Source: an uncultured Actinomycetes bacterium
Lineage (GTDB): Bacteria; Actinomycetota; UBA4738; HRBIN12
Reading direction: 5' to 3'
Assembly: GCA_964447335.1 (NCBI GenBank)
Contig: CAYUSA010000001.1
Coordinates: forward strand, 63,091 to 127,090
DNA length: 64,000 nucleotides
Positions 19,142-28,673 of the stretch are shown in pieces; positions within the stretch are counted from its first letter, which is position 1, and each line of letters begins with the position of its first letter. The notes under the pieces are model-generated. The model worked only from the letters and a program-made list of their open reading frames with translations, was not told the origin of the DNA and searched no databases. Position numbers and translations under genes: made by a program.

Positions 19142-19318
19142 ATGCCGGTTCCCAAGAGAAGGCAGAGCCACACCCGAACCGCGAAGCGCAAGGCGAACTG
19201 GAAGGCCAAGGTGCCGACGTTCTCCGAGTGCCCGCAGTGTCACCAGCCGAAGCTCCCGCACCGGGTCTGCGGCAACTGCGGCTACTACGCCGGGCGCCAG
19301 GCCGTCGAGGTCGAGTAG
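19142..19318 (+). CDS. rpmF: 50S ribosomal protein L32
   Basis: MPVPKRRQSHTRTAKRKANWK...CPQCHQPKLPHRVCGNCGYY. A small gene inside a longer ORF-track frame. Confidence 0.92.
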   Translation: MPVPKRRQSHTRTAKRKANWKAKVPTFSECPQCHQPKLPHRVCGNCGYYAGRQAVEVE

Positions 19319-19322
19319 CCGC

Positions 19323-20048
19323 GTGCCGCCGAGGGAGGTGGGGCCGGGCTCCAAGGCGCTGGACCGCGCCCTCGGGGTGCGGTTCCGCGACGCGGCCCTC
19401 CGCGAGCTCGCGGTCACGCACCGCTCGTACGCGTTCGAGCGGGAGCTCGGGTACAACAACGAGCGCCTGGAGTTCCTCGGGGACGCCGTGCTCGGCCTCG
19501 TCGTGACCGACATGGCCTTCCGCGACTTCCCCGAGCTGCCCGAGGGCGAGCTCGCGAAGCTCCGCGCGGCCATCGTGAACATGACGGCGCTCGCGGACGT
19601 GGCCCGAGACCTCGATCTCGGCGCGTTCATCTTCCTCGGCAAGGGTGAGGAGATGAGCGGCGGCCGCGACAAGGCGAGCATCCTTGCCGACGCGCTCGAG
19701 GCCACACTCGGGGCGGTCTACGTCGACCGGGGGCTCGACGTCGCGCGCAAGCTGATCGAGCGGCTCTTCCGTCCGCGCATGATCGCGTACGTGCGGGGCG
19801 AGGGCGGTCGCGACTACAAGACGATCCTGCAGGAGGTCGCGTCCTCCGAGCTGCACGCGCTCCCCGAGTACCGGATCTCCGAGCGCGGGCCCGATCACGA
19901 GAAGGAGTTCACCGCCACGGTCTTCCTCGCCGGGGAGTCGTGGGGGAGCGGTACCGGTCGCTCGAAGAAGGAGGCCGAGCAGCAGGCGGCACACGAGGCG
20001 TTCCGCAAGCTCTCCGAGCGAGCGGTCCAGGCGCGGGCGAACGGTTAG
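19323..20048 (+). CDS. rnc: ribonuclease III
   Basis: GTG start. Motifs ERLEFLGDAVL and EALLGAVY-like, plus a C-terminal dsRBD (KDYKTILQE...GSGRSKKEAEQQAA). Confidence 0.9.
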   Translation: MPPREVGPGSKALDRALGVRFRDAALRELAVTHRSYAFERELGYNNERLEFLGDAVLGLVVTDMAFRDFPELPEGELAKLRAAIVNMTALADVARDLDLGAFIFLGKGEEMSGGRDKASILADALEATLGAVYVDRGLDVARKLIERLFRPRMIAYVRGEGGRDYKTILQEVASSELHALPEYRISERGPDHEKEFTATVFLAGESWGSGTGRSKKEAEQQAAHEAFRKLSERAVQARANG

Positions 20049-20057
20049 GGGGGCGAA

Positions 20058-20900
20058 GTGGAACTGCCCGAAGTCGAAGTGATGCGCCGAGATCTCGAGA
20101 AGGACGTCGTCGGGCGCAAGGTGGTGAAGGCGGAGGTCCGCGCGTCGAAGAACGCGATGCGCATCATCCGCCGGCACGGCAAGCGCAAGGAGTTCACCGA
20201 TCGGCTCGTCGGACGCAAGGTCGCGAAGACCGAGCGACGGGGCAAGTACGTGCTGCTGCACCTGGACAACGGCGACGTGCTCGTCGCGCACTTCGGCATG
20301 AGCGGGCAGTTCATCCGGGGGAACAAGCGGCAGGCGCTGCCGCCGCACACGCATGTCGTCATCGACTTCCAGCAGGGCGGAGACCTGCGATACGTGGATC
20401 AGCGGACGTTCGGGGAGCTGTTCGTCGTGACCCCGGACGAGCTCGGCAAGGTGAAGGAGCTGCAGCACATCGCGATCGATCCGCTCGACCACGTCTTCAC
20501 GTGGCACGCGTTCGGCGCCGCGCTCGCCGAGCGGGCCTCGAAGATGAAGCCGCTCCTCATGGACCAGAAGTTCATCAGCGGCCTCGGCAACATCTACTCC
20601 GACGAGGTCCTCTTCGCGGCCGGCCTGCGCCACGACCGGATGTCGGACACGCTGTCCTCCCAGGAGGTCCGGCGCCTGTATCGGGCCCTCCAGGAGATCC
20701 TCCAGGACGCGATCCGGTTCCGCGGGACGACCCTGGACGATGAGGCCTACGTGGACCTGTTCGGCAAGCCCGGCGAGTTCCAGAGCGAGCTCAAGGTGTA
20801 CGGGCGCGCGGGACTTCCATGCCGCCGCTGCCGCACGCCGATCCAGGCCCTGAAGATCTCGGGACGCAACGCCTACTTCTGCCCCCAGTGCCAGAGCTGA
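20058..20900 (+). CDS. mutM: formamidopyrimidine-DNA glycosylase homolog (N-terminus MELPEVEV, no Pro2)
   Basis: H2TH and zinc-finger motifs (CRRCRTPIQ...CPQCQ). The only start available after the rnc stop gives M-E-L-P-E-V-E. Confidence 0.8.
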   Translation: MELPEVEVMRRDLEKDVVGRKVVKAEVRASKNAMRIIRRHGKRKEFTDRLVGRKVAKTERRGKYVLLHLDNGDVLVAHFGMSGQFIRGNKRQALPPHTHVVIDFQQGGDLRYVDQRTFGELFVVTPDELGKVKELQHIAIDPLDHVFTWHAFGAALAERASKMKPLLMDQKFISGLGNIYSDEVLFAAGLRHDRMSDTLSSQEVRRLYRALQEILQDAIRFRGTTLDDEAYVDLFGKPGEFQSELKVYGRAGLPCRRCRTPIQALKISGRNAYFCPQCQS

Positions 20901-20976
20901 AGGAGGTCACCCTCCCCGAGTCCTGAGCCCGGCTGGGCTCCGGACGCTCGGAGCCGGTCCGCTCCTCGGCGAGGTC

Positions 20977-21561
20977 TCAGGCGAGCTCGACGCCGGCCGC
21001 ACGCATGCGCTCGAGCGCGCGGTCGCCGTCGCCGGGCTCCAGGTCCACGGCGCGGACGCCCTGCAGGAGCACCGTGACGGGGAACCCCAGCCTCCGGGCG
21101 TCGAGCGCGGTCTCGACGACGCAGTAGTCGGTCGCGAGGCCGGCGATGACCACCCGCTCAACGCCGCGCTCCCGCAGGAGGAGCTCGAGCTCGGTCGCCG
21201 ACACCTCGCCGCTCTGCGGGTCGCGGACGCTGAAGCCCGAGTAGCCGTCGCCGCCGTCCACGCCCTTGCGCACGACCGGGCCCTCGACGCGAAGGTTCGG
21301 GTGGAAGGCTGCTCCCCAGGTCTCCCGCACGCAATGCACCGGCCAGATGCCGCCGTCCTGGGCGAAGTGGGGGGTGTGCTCGGGATGCCAGTCCTGCGTG
21401 GAGAGGACGGCCGCGCCCGCGGCGAGCGCGCGTTCGATCTCGGCGTTCACGAAGGCGACGGTCTCCTGTCCGCCGCGGACGTACAAGCTGCCGCTCGGGT
21501 CGGCGAAGTCGTTCTGGACGTCGACGACGACGAGCGCGGTCTTCGGGTCGTAGGTGAGCAC
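20977..21561 (-). CDS. pncA: nicotinamidase/pyrazinamidase (isochorismatase family)
   Basis: ALVVVDVQNDF, DWHPEHTPHF, and ATDYCV with the catalytic Cys. Confidence 0.75.
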   Translation of the reverse strand: MLTYDPKTALVVVDVQNDFADPSGSLYVRGGQETVAFVNAEIERALAAGAAVLSTQDWHPEHTPHFAQDGGIWPVHCVRETWGAAFHPNLRVEGPVVRKGVDGGDGYSGFSVRDPQSGEVSATELELLLRERGVERVVIAGLATDYCVVETALDARRLGFPVTVLLQGVRAVDLEPGDGDRALERMRAAGVELA

Positions 21562-21629
21562 GGCAGCTCGATGGTACTGCGGCGGAGGGCTACGGCCGCT
21601 CGCGGCCGTGCTGGTCGTAGCATCGCTTC

Positions 21630-21899
21630 GTGAAACGCGTTCGCGTCGTGGTGACGGGGCGGGTCCAGGGCGTGTTCTACCGGGCGAGCTGTGCGGCGGC
21701 CGCCCGGCGTCTCGAGCTCGGCGGGTTCGTGCGGAACCTCCCCGACGGACGCGTCGAGGCCGTCTTCGAGGGCCCCGAGCCTCGCGTCGAGGAGATGGTC
21801 GCCTGGTGCCGCCGGGGACCCGAGCTCGCGTACGTGGACGAGGTCGAGGTGTGCTCCGAACCCCTTGCCGGGGAGCGGGATTTCCTGGTCACGGGCTGA
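21630..21899 (+). CDS. acyP: acylphosphatase
   Basis: GTG start. [11 protein letters not shown] and [12 protein letters not shown] motifs; 89 aa. Confidence 0.8.
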   Translation: MKRVRVVVTGRVQGVFYRASCAAAARRLELGGFVRNLPDGRVEAVFEGPEPRVEEMVAWCRRGPELAYVDEVEVCSEPLAGERDFLVTG

Positions 21900-21960
21900 A
21901 TCACAAGTTCGTGAGTCGATTCCCGGAATCCGTGCCTGGGCGCTGCTAGCATCGCCCGGA

Positions 21961-24900
21961 ATGTTCCTGCGCTCGCTTCAGATCCGAGGCTTCAAGAGCT
22001 TCGCGGACAAGACCGTCCTCGAGCTCGCTCCCGGCGTGAGCGTCATCGTCGGCCCCAACGGCAGCGGCAAGTCGAACCTCGTCGACGCCATCAGCTGGGT
22101 GCTCGGCGAGCAGGGGCCTCGCGCGCTGCGCGGCGGCCAGATGTCCGACGTGATCTTCGCCGGGAGCCCGCAGCGTCCGCAGCTCGGCATGTCCGAGGTG
22201 AAGCTGGTGATCGACAACTCCGCCGGCCTCATCCCCGTGCCGATGTCCGAGATCGAGATCAGCCGCGCGATCTTCCGCTCAGGGGAGTCCGAGTACCGGA
22301 TCGGCGGCCAGGTGGTCCGCCTGCTCGACGTGCAGGAGCTCCTGGCCGAGAGCGGCATCGGGCGCGCGCTCCACACGATCGTCTCCCAGGGCGAGCTCGA
22401 CGCGATCTTGTCGGCCCGCCCCGAGGATCGGCGCCAGTACGTCGAGGAGGCGGCGGGCGTCGCGAAGCACCGCAAGCGCAAGGAGCGCGCCGAGCGCAAG
22501 CTGGCGGGTCTCGACCAGGACCTCATGCGGCTGCAGGACGTGCTGGCGGAGCTCCGGCGCCAGCTGAAGCCGCTGAAGCAGCAGGCCGAGATGGCCAAGC
22601 GCCACGAGGAGCTCACCGCCGAGGCGGACGAGGTCTCCGTGAAGCTCGCGGCGGCGCGCCTGCGGACCCTCCTCGGCGAGCGCGAGCGCCGCCTGAGCGG
22701 CTGGGACGAAGGGCTCGACCGTCGGAAGACGGCACGCGCCCGCCTCGACGAGCTCGACGAGCGTGTGCAGGCCATCGCCGACGAACGGGCTCGCGCGATG
22801 TGGACGCTCCAGGAGGCCGAGGGCACGCTGCGCGAGGCGCACGACGCGAAGTCCGGCGCCGAGGTCTCGCTCCGTCGTGCCGTCGAGGCCGAGTCCGCGG
22901 CCCGCCAGGTCCTCGCGGCCGAGGCGACGCGCGGGGTGCGCCTGACTACGCTCGAGGACGACGCCCGGCGCATCGAGGCCCGGCTGGCCGAGGTCGCGAC
23001 GGAGCTGGAGAGCCGCGAGCGGGAGCTCGACGGGGCCGAGCGGACGTTCCGCCAGGAGCAGGAGCACCGCCGCGAGGTGGAGGAGGAGCGCCGCCGGATC
23101 TCGGAAGAGGCCGCCGCCCATCGCGCGGAGATGGAGACGCTCCGGCGCTCGGTCGCGAGCTACGAGCGAGACCGCAGCCGCTTGGACGAGCAGCTCACCG
23201 GCGCCCGCGGCAAGCGCATCGCCGCCGTCGCCGAGCGCGACCGGCTGACCTCGGAGATCGAGCGTCTCGACGCCGAGACGGCTCCGCTGTCGGAGCGGCG
23301 CGCCGAGCTCGAGCGCGAGCGGCACGGCCTCGCGGACCGCGTCGCCGAGCTCGAAGATGCGGTCCGCGGTCACGAGCGCCGCCGCGACGTGCTCGCGGCG
23401 CGCTTGCAGGACATCGAGGAGACCCCGGGATCGCGGTTCCTCGACGGGCACCGAGGCCGGTCGCTCGGGCTCCTGGGTGATCTCGTCGAGGCGCAGGACG
23501 GTTGGGAGTGGGCGCTCGCGGCCGGGCTCGGGCCGCTCGCCGACGCCGTCGTGTACCTGCAGGGCGAGGACGCGGTGGCCGACGCGCCCGAGGGCGACGG
23601 CGCCATCCTCGCGATCGCGGGCGGCGGACCCGGATCGTTCGTGCTGCAGGGCGAGCGGACCCTGCTTTCCATCGTGGCCGCCGACCCGGGCGCGCGCGGC
23701 CTCGTCTGCACGGTTCTGAAGGACATCTACCTCGCCGACAGCGTGGCCGAGGCCGCCGAGAAGCACGCGCGGCATCCGAAGGCCGCGTTCGTGACGCGCG
23801 ACGGTGTGCTCGTCGGGCCGGCGCTCATCCACACCACGCGCCGCGGCGATTCCCGCGCGGCCGAGATCCGGCGCGAGCTCGCGGTCGTGGAGCACGATCT
23901 CGCGCAGGGCCGCTCGGCGCTGCGGCCGAAGCAGGAGCGCGTCGAGCAGATCCAGCGCGAGATCGCGGACCTCGCCGGCCGCATCGACGAGTCCGACGCC
24001 GGCATCACGCGCGCGGCCGAGCGCCTCTCGCGCCTGGAGGCCGACCTCGCGTCGCTCACGAAGGAAGAGGAGATCGTCGGCGAGCGCCTCGGCGGGATGG
24101 ACGACGCCGCGGCCGCGTGGCGGGAGCGCCTCACGCAGGCCGAGCCGATCACCCACGAGCTCCCCGAGCTGCCGCGGATCGCGGAGCCGCCGATCCAGGC
24201 GCGCGTCGCGGTCGAGACCCTCCGTCGGGACCGCGCCGCGCTCGAGTCCCGGCGGTCCGGCGTCCGCGCCGAGCGCGACACCCTTGCGGCGCAGGACCCA
24301 GCGGCGCTCCAGGCCGCGGTCGACGAGTCCGAGGCCGGGCGCATCGCCGCCGAGATGACCCTCGCCGAGGCCGAGACGGCGCTCGAGGAGGCCACGGTCT
24401 TGCGCAACGCCGCGGCCGCATCCGACCGCGCCGCCGCCGAGGACGAGACCGAGGCCAACCGCGCGTGGCGCGAGTCCTCGACCGAGCTCGAGCGCCTCCG
24501 CGAGGAGTACGAGGACGAGGACCGCCTGCGCGGCGACCTCGAACGTCGGATCCGCGACGCCGAACGCCTGCTGCGCGAGGGCCACGGGCGAGAGCCGGCC
24601 GACGCGGTGGCGTTGCTGGCCGACGACGACTCCGTCGAGACACTCGAGAAGCGCGCCGAGCTCGTGCAGCGCCGCCTCGGATTGCTCGGGCGTGTGAACC
24701 TGCTCGCCGGCGGCGAGTTCGAGGCGATCCAGGAGCGACACGACTTCCTCGCGCGCGAGCTCGAGGACGTCCGCAAGGCCCGCCGTGATCTCCTCGAGGT
24801 CGTCCGCCGCGTAGAGGAGGAGATCGGCGTCACGTTCGAGGAGGCCTACCGCGACGTCGCCGCCGAGTTCGAACGCCTGTTCAAGGACCTGTTCCCCGGC

Positions 24901-25356
24901 GGAGAAGGTCGCCTGATCGCGACCGAGCCCGGCGACCTGCTCAACACCGGCATCGAGATCGAGGCCCGCCCGGGTCGCAAGCGCGTGAAGCGGATCAGCC
25001 TGCTCTCGGGCGGGGAGCGCGCGCTGACCGCGATGGCGTTCCTGTTCGCGATCTTCCGCGCCCGACCGAGCCCCTTCTACCTGATGGACGAGGTCGAGCC
25101 GGCGCTCGACGACGTGAACCTGCACCGGTTCCTCAAGCTCCTCGAGGGCTTCGCCGCGGACTCACAGGTCATCATCGTCACGCACCAGAAGCGCACGATG
25201 GAGGTCGCCGGGATGATGTACGGCGTCTCGATGAGCAAGGACGGCACCTCCAGGGTCGTCGCCCAACGCCTGGACGAGCCCGGCACGCGGGCGACGGTCG
25301 GCATCGAGCGCCTGCCCGAGCCCGTCGTGGTGCCGGAGCCCGACGCCGTTCGCTAG
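21961..25356 (+). CDS. smc: chromosome segregation protein SMC
   Basis: MFLRSLQIRGFKSFADKT...GPNGSGKSN Walker A, long coiled coils with a hinge, and a C-terminal LSGGERALTA...MDEVEPALD motif. The ORF-track start at 21691 is an upstream in-frame artefact. Confidence 0.92.
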   Translation: MFLRSLQIRGFKSFADKTVLELAPGVSVIVGPNGSGKSNLVDAISWVLGEQGPRALRGGQMSDVIFAGSPQRPQLGMSEVKLVIDNSAGLIPVPMSEIEISRAIFRSGESEYRIGGQVVRLLDVQELLAESGIGRALHTIVSQGELDAILSARPEDRRQYVEEAAGVAKHRKRKERAERKLAGLDQDLMRLQDVLAELRRQLKPLKQQAEMAKRHEELTAEADEVSVKLAAARLRTLLGERERRLSGWDEGLDRRKTARARLDELDERVQAIADERARAMWTLQEAEGTLREAHDAKSGAEVSLRRAVEAESAARQVLAAEATRGVRLTTLEDDARRIEARLAEVATELESRERELDGAERTFRQEQEHRREVEEERRRISEEAAAHRAEMETLRRSVASYERDRSRLDEQLTGARGKRIAAVAERDRLTSEIERLDAETAPLSERRAELERERHGLADRVAELEDAVRGHERRRDVLAARLQDIEETPGSRFLDGHRGRSLGLLGDLVEAQDGWEWALAAGLGPLADAVVYLQGEDAVADAPEGDGAILAIAGGGPGSFVLQGERTLLSIVAADPGARGLVCTVLKDIYLADSVAEAAEKHARHPKAAFVTRDGVLVGPALIHTTRRGDSRAAEIRRELAVVEHDLAQGRSALRPKQERVEQIQREIADLAGRIDESDAGITRAAERLSRLEADLASLTKEEEIVGERLGGMDDAAAAWRERLTQAEPITHELPELPRIAEPPIQARVAVETLRRDRAALESRRSGVRAERDTLAAQDPAALQAAVDESEAGRIAAEMTLAEAETALEEATVLRNAAAASDRAAAEDETEANRAWRESSTELERLREEYEDEDRLRGDLERRIRDAERLLREGHGREPADAVALLADDDSVETLEKRAELVQRRLGLLGRVNLLAGGEFEAIQERHDFLARELEDVRKARRDLLEVVRRVEEEIGVTFEEAYRDVAAEFERLFKDLFPGGEGRLIATEPGDLLNTGIEIEARPGRKRVKRISLLSGGERALTAMAFLFAIFRARPSPFYLMDEVEPALDDVNLHRFLKLLEGFAADSQVIIVTHQKRTMEVAGMMYGVSMSKDGTSRVVAQRLDEPGTRATVGIERLPEPVVVPEPDAVR

Positions 25357-25365
25357 CCTGAAGGC

Positions 25366-26358
25366 GTGGCGGACCTCTTCTTCGTCCTGCTGTTCATCGC
25401 CCTCGCTGCAGGCGGGCTGCTCTTCGTGCTCGCGAGGGCTCGGCGGAACCGGGAAGCCGGACGGCCCTCTACGGCGGCTCGGAAACCGCCGGCCTCGCCC
25501 GCAGCGGGTGGCCTGGGCGCCCGGGTTCGAGCCCTGTTCGCCGCCAGGCCCGCGGGCGAGGCCGAGTGGAGCGCGCTCGAGGAGCTCCTCGTCAAGGCCG
25601 ACGTCGGCCCGACGACGGCCGCGCGGATCGTGAGCGACCTGCGTCAGCGGTACGAGCCGGGCGAAGACCCCGCCGCGATGCTCGAGGCCGAGGTGGCGGA
25701 CGTCCTCTCGGGCGACGACACGGCGATGCACCTGCCCGACGACCGACTGGGTGTCGTGCTCGTGGTCGGGGTGAACGGCTCGGGCAAGACGACGACGATC
25801 GGCAAGCTCGCGGCTCGGCTCGCGAAAGATGGTCGGAAGGTGAGCCTGGCCGGCAGCGACACGTTCCGCGCGGCGGCCTCGCAGCAGCTCGAGGTGTGGG
25901 CCCAGCGGGCGGGCGCCCAGCTCGTCAGCCAGGAGCGTGGCGCCGATCCGGGAGCCGTCGCGTTCGACGCCGTGAAGGCCGCCGAGGCTCGGGGCATGGA
26001 CGTCCTCATCGTGGACACGGCGGGGCGGCTCCACACGAAGACGCCGCTGATGGACGAGCTCCAGAAGGTGCGCCGGGTGATCGAGAAGGCCTCGGGCCGG
26101 GTTCCCGACGAGACGCTGCTCGTCCTGGACGCCACGACGGGGCAGAATGGCATCGCACAGGCCCGCGCGTTCACCGACGCGGTGGAGGTCACCGGGGTGG
26201 CGCTCACGAAGCTGGACGGGACGGCGAAGGGGGGAGTCGTGCTGGCGGTCCGCGAGCAGCTCGGCGTCCCGGTCAAGCTCGTCGGCATCGGCGAGGGCAC
26301 CGACGACCTGCAGCCGTTCGACGCGCATCGGTTCGCTCGGCAGCTGCTCGAGGGGTGA
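25366..26358 (+). CDS. ftsY: signal recognition particle receptor FtsY
   Basis: NG domain with GVNGSGKTTTIGKLA, DTFRAAA and DTAGR motifs. Confidence 0.9.
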   Translation: MADLFFVLLFIALAAGGLLFVLARARRNREAGRPSTAARKPPASPAAGGLGARVRALFAARPAGEAEWSALEELLVKADVGPTTAARIVSDLRQRYEPGEDPAAMLEAEVADVLSGDDTAMHLPDDRLGVVLVVGVNGSGKTTTIGKLAARLAKDGRKVSLAGSDTFRAAASQQLEVWAQRAGAQLVSQERGADPGAVAFDAVKAAEARGMDVLIVDTAGRLHTKTPLMDELQKVRRVIEKASGRVPDETLLVLDATTGQNGIAQARAFTDAVEVTGVALTKLDGTAKGGVVLAVREQLGVPVKLVGIGEGTDDLQPFDAHRFARQLLEG

Positions 26359-26360
26359 CG

Positions 26361-26753
26361 ATGGCCAAAGCGGACATCTTGATCGTCGAGGACCATCCGA
26401 CGATGCGAGAGGCGATGCGTCTCGTGCTCGAGCACGAGGGGTTCGTGATCCGCGAAGCGGCCGACGGCCCGACCGCCCTCGCGATGGTGCGCGAGCAGCC
26501 GCCGGACCTGATGTTCCTCGACCTCAACATCCCCGGCGCGAGCGGCGCCGACGTCCTGCAGGAGCTGAAGTCCGACCCGATCACGGCGGGCGTCCGCGTG
26601 ATCATCGTGACGGCGACCGGCGAGGAGGGGCGGGACTTCGTCATCGCGCTCGGCGCCGATGAGTACTTCACGAAACCGTTCTCACCGACGGCGCTCCTCC
26701 GGACCGTGGAGCGCGTGCTCGACCTCGGTGGGGCGGCTTCCCCGACGACGTGA
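26361..26753 (+). CDS. single-domain (CheY-like) response regulator
   Basis: ILIVEDH, LMFLDLNIPG, IIVTATG and YFTKPF motifs; 130 aa. It sits inside a longer out-of-frame ORF-track entry. Confidence 0.75.
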   Translation: MAKADILIVEDHPTMREAMRLVLEHEGFVIREAADGPTALAMVREQPPDLMFLDLNIPGASGADVLQELKSDPITAGVRVIIVTATGEEGRDFVIALGADEYFTKPFSPTALLRTVERVLDLGGAASPTT

Positions 26754-26803
26754 GAACCTTGGGGCTCATGTAGCGAAGCGGTAGCCCCACAGGAGAAGGT
26801 CTC

Positions 26804-28141
26804 ATGTTCGACACGCTCACCGGCCGCCTGGACGGCATCTTCAAGAAGCTCCGCTCGCGCGGGAAGCTGCATCCCAAGCAGGTCGAGGGCGCGCTGCTCG
26901 AGATGCGCACCGCGCTCCTCGAGGCCGACGTCGCGGTCGAGGTCGCCGACGACCTGCTCGAGCGCGTCCGCACCCGCGCGCTGTCCGAGGAGGTCATGAA
27001 GAGCCTCACGCCGGCGCAGCAGGTCGTGAAGGTCGTGCGCGACGAGCTCCAGAGCACGATGGGTGGTACGCAGGCCCCGTTCCAGCTCGTCGGCGCCAAG
27101 CCGGCGGTCGTGATGATGGCCGGCGTGCAGGGCTCGGGCAAGACGACCGCGTGCGCGAAGCTCGCGGTGCAGCTGAGGTCCAAGGGCAAGCGACCGCTCC
27201 TCGTCGCCGCGGACCTGTGGCGGCCGGCGGCCGTCGAGCAGCTGATGACGCTCGGGCGCGAGATCGGCGTCGACGTCGTCTCGGACGGCAAGGACGCGGT
27301 GAAGGTCGCGAAGAGCGCGCTGAAGCACGCCGATCGCGAGGGCCACGACGTGGTCATCGTCGACACCGCCGGACGCCTGCACGTCGACGAGGAGATGATG
27401 CGCGAGGCCCGTCGCGTGAAGGACACCATCAAGCCCCACCACGTGCTCATGGCGTGCGACGCGATGACCGGTCAGGACGCCGTCGTGCAGGCCAAGGCCT
27501 TCATGCGCGAGGTCGACACGACCGGGTTCGTGCTCACCAAGCTCGACGGCGACGCGCGGGGTGGCGCCGCGCTCTCGATCACGGCGGTGACCGGTCGTCC
27601 GGTGTTCTTCGTCGGGACCGGCGAGAAGCCGCAGGATCTCGAGCCGTTCTACCCGGACCGGATGGCCTCGCGGATCATGGGCATGGGCGACGTGCTCACG
27701 CTCATCGACAAGGCGCAGGGGTCGATGGACGCGGAGACCGCCGCCGCGGCCGCCGAGAAGATGCTGAAGGCCCAGTTCACGCTCGAGGACTTCCTCGTCC
27801 AGATGCGTGAGATGAAGAAGCTCGGGCCTCTGCAGGACCTCTTGGCGATGCTTCCGGGGGTCCCCGGCGGCAAGAACGCCCTGAAGGACCTCCAGGTGGA
27901 CGAGGGCCAGATGGGCCGGGCCGAGGCCATCATCTGCTCGATGACCGGGGAGGAGCGCCGGAACCCCGCTATCATCGGTGGGTCCCGCCGCCTGCGGATC
28001 GCTCGCGGCTCCGGCGCGACGACGGCCGACGTGAACTCCCTGCTGAAGGAGTTCGAGGCCGCCAGGAAGATGATGAAGACGATGTTGGGCGGCAAGCGGA
28101 TGCCCCGGATCCCGGGGATGCCGACGATGCCGGGGATGTAG
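26804..28141 (+). CDS. ffh: signal recognition particle protein Ffh
   Basis: GVQGSGKTT, DTAGRLH, and a Met-rich M domain at the C-terminus. Confidence 0.92.
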   Translation: MFDTLTGRLDGIFKKLRSRGKLHPKQVEGALLEMRTALLEADVAVEVADDLLERVRTRALSEEVMKSLTPAQQVVKVVRDELQSTMGGTQAPFQLVGAKPAVVMMAGVQGSGKTTACAKLAVQLRSKGKRPLLVAADLWRPAAVEQLMTLGREIGVDVVSDGKDAVKVAKSALKHADREGHDVVIVDTAGRLHVDEEMMREARRVKDTIKPHHVLMACDAMTGQDAVVQAKAFMREVDTTGFVLTKLDGDARGGAALSITAVTGRPVFFVGTGEKPQDLEPFYPDRMASRIMGMGDVLTLIDKAQGSMDAETAAAAAEKMLKAQFTLEDFLVQMREMKKLGPLQDLLAMLPGVPGGKNALKDLQVDEGQMGRAEAIICSMTGEERRNPAIIGGSRRLRIARGSGATTADVNSLLKEFEAARKMMKTMLGGKRMPRIPGMPTMPGM

Positions 28142-28153
28142 GAAGGGAACCAG

Positions 28154-28444
28154 ATGTCGACGAGGATCAGGCTGAAGCGGCTGGGCGCGAAGAAGCGTCC
28201 CTTCTACCGCGTGGTGGTGGCGGACCAGCGCAGCCCGCGCGACGGCCGCTTCATCGAGAACATCGGCAAGTACCATCCGCTCGAGGACCCCTCGCTGATC
28301 GAGATCGACGAGGAGCGCGCTCTCTACTGGCTGGGCGTCGGCGCCCAGCCGAGCAACACCGTCCGCGTCCTCATGACGAAGGTCGGCATCTGGGAGAAGT
28401 TCCAGGCCGAGAAGCAGGCGAAGAAGGCCTCGACCGCATCGTGA
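28154..28444 (+). CDS. rpsP: 30S ribosomal protein S16
   Basis: [24 protein letters not shown]. Confidence 0.92.
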   Translation: MSTRIRLKRLGAKKRPFYRVVVADQRSPRDGRFIENIGKYHPLEDPSLIEIDEERALYWLGVGAQPSNTVRVLMTKVGIWEKFQAEKQAKKASTAS

Positions 28445-28671
28445 GAGACCTGCTGGAGTTCCTCGCCCGCGAGATCGTCGACGAGCCCGATGCGGTCGAG
28501 ATCGCCGAGAGCCACGACGACCGCGGCATGCTGCTCTCGCTGCACGTCGCGCCCGACGACATGGGCAAGGTCATCGGTCGGGGCGGGCGGACCGCCCGCG
28601 CCCTTCGAGCCGTGATCCGCGCGGCCGGCACGCGCACCGGCGTGCACGCCTCCGTGGAGATCGTCGACTGA
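28441..28671 (+). CDS. KH-domain RNA-binding protein (YlqC-like)
   Basis: GTG start overlapping the rpsP stop. KH motif [13 protein letters not shown]. Confidence 0.8.
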   Translation: MRDLLEFLAREIVDEPDAVEIAESHDDRGMLLSLHVAPDDMGKVIGRGGRTARALRAVIRAAGTRTGVHASVEIVD

Positions 28672-28673
28672 CC

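Noticed and set aside
22279-25125. 948-aa minus-strand ORF antisense to smc
   Set aside because: smc on the + strand is unambiguous. The antisense frame is an Arg/Leu/Gly-rich artefact.
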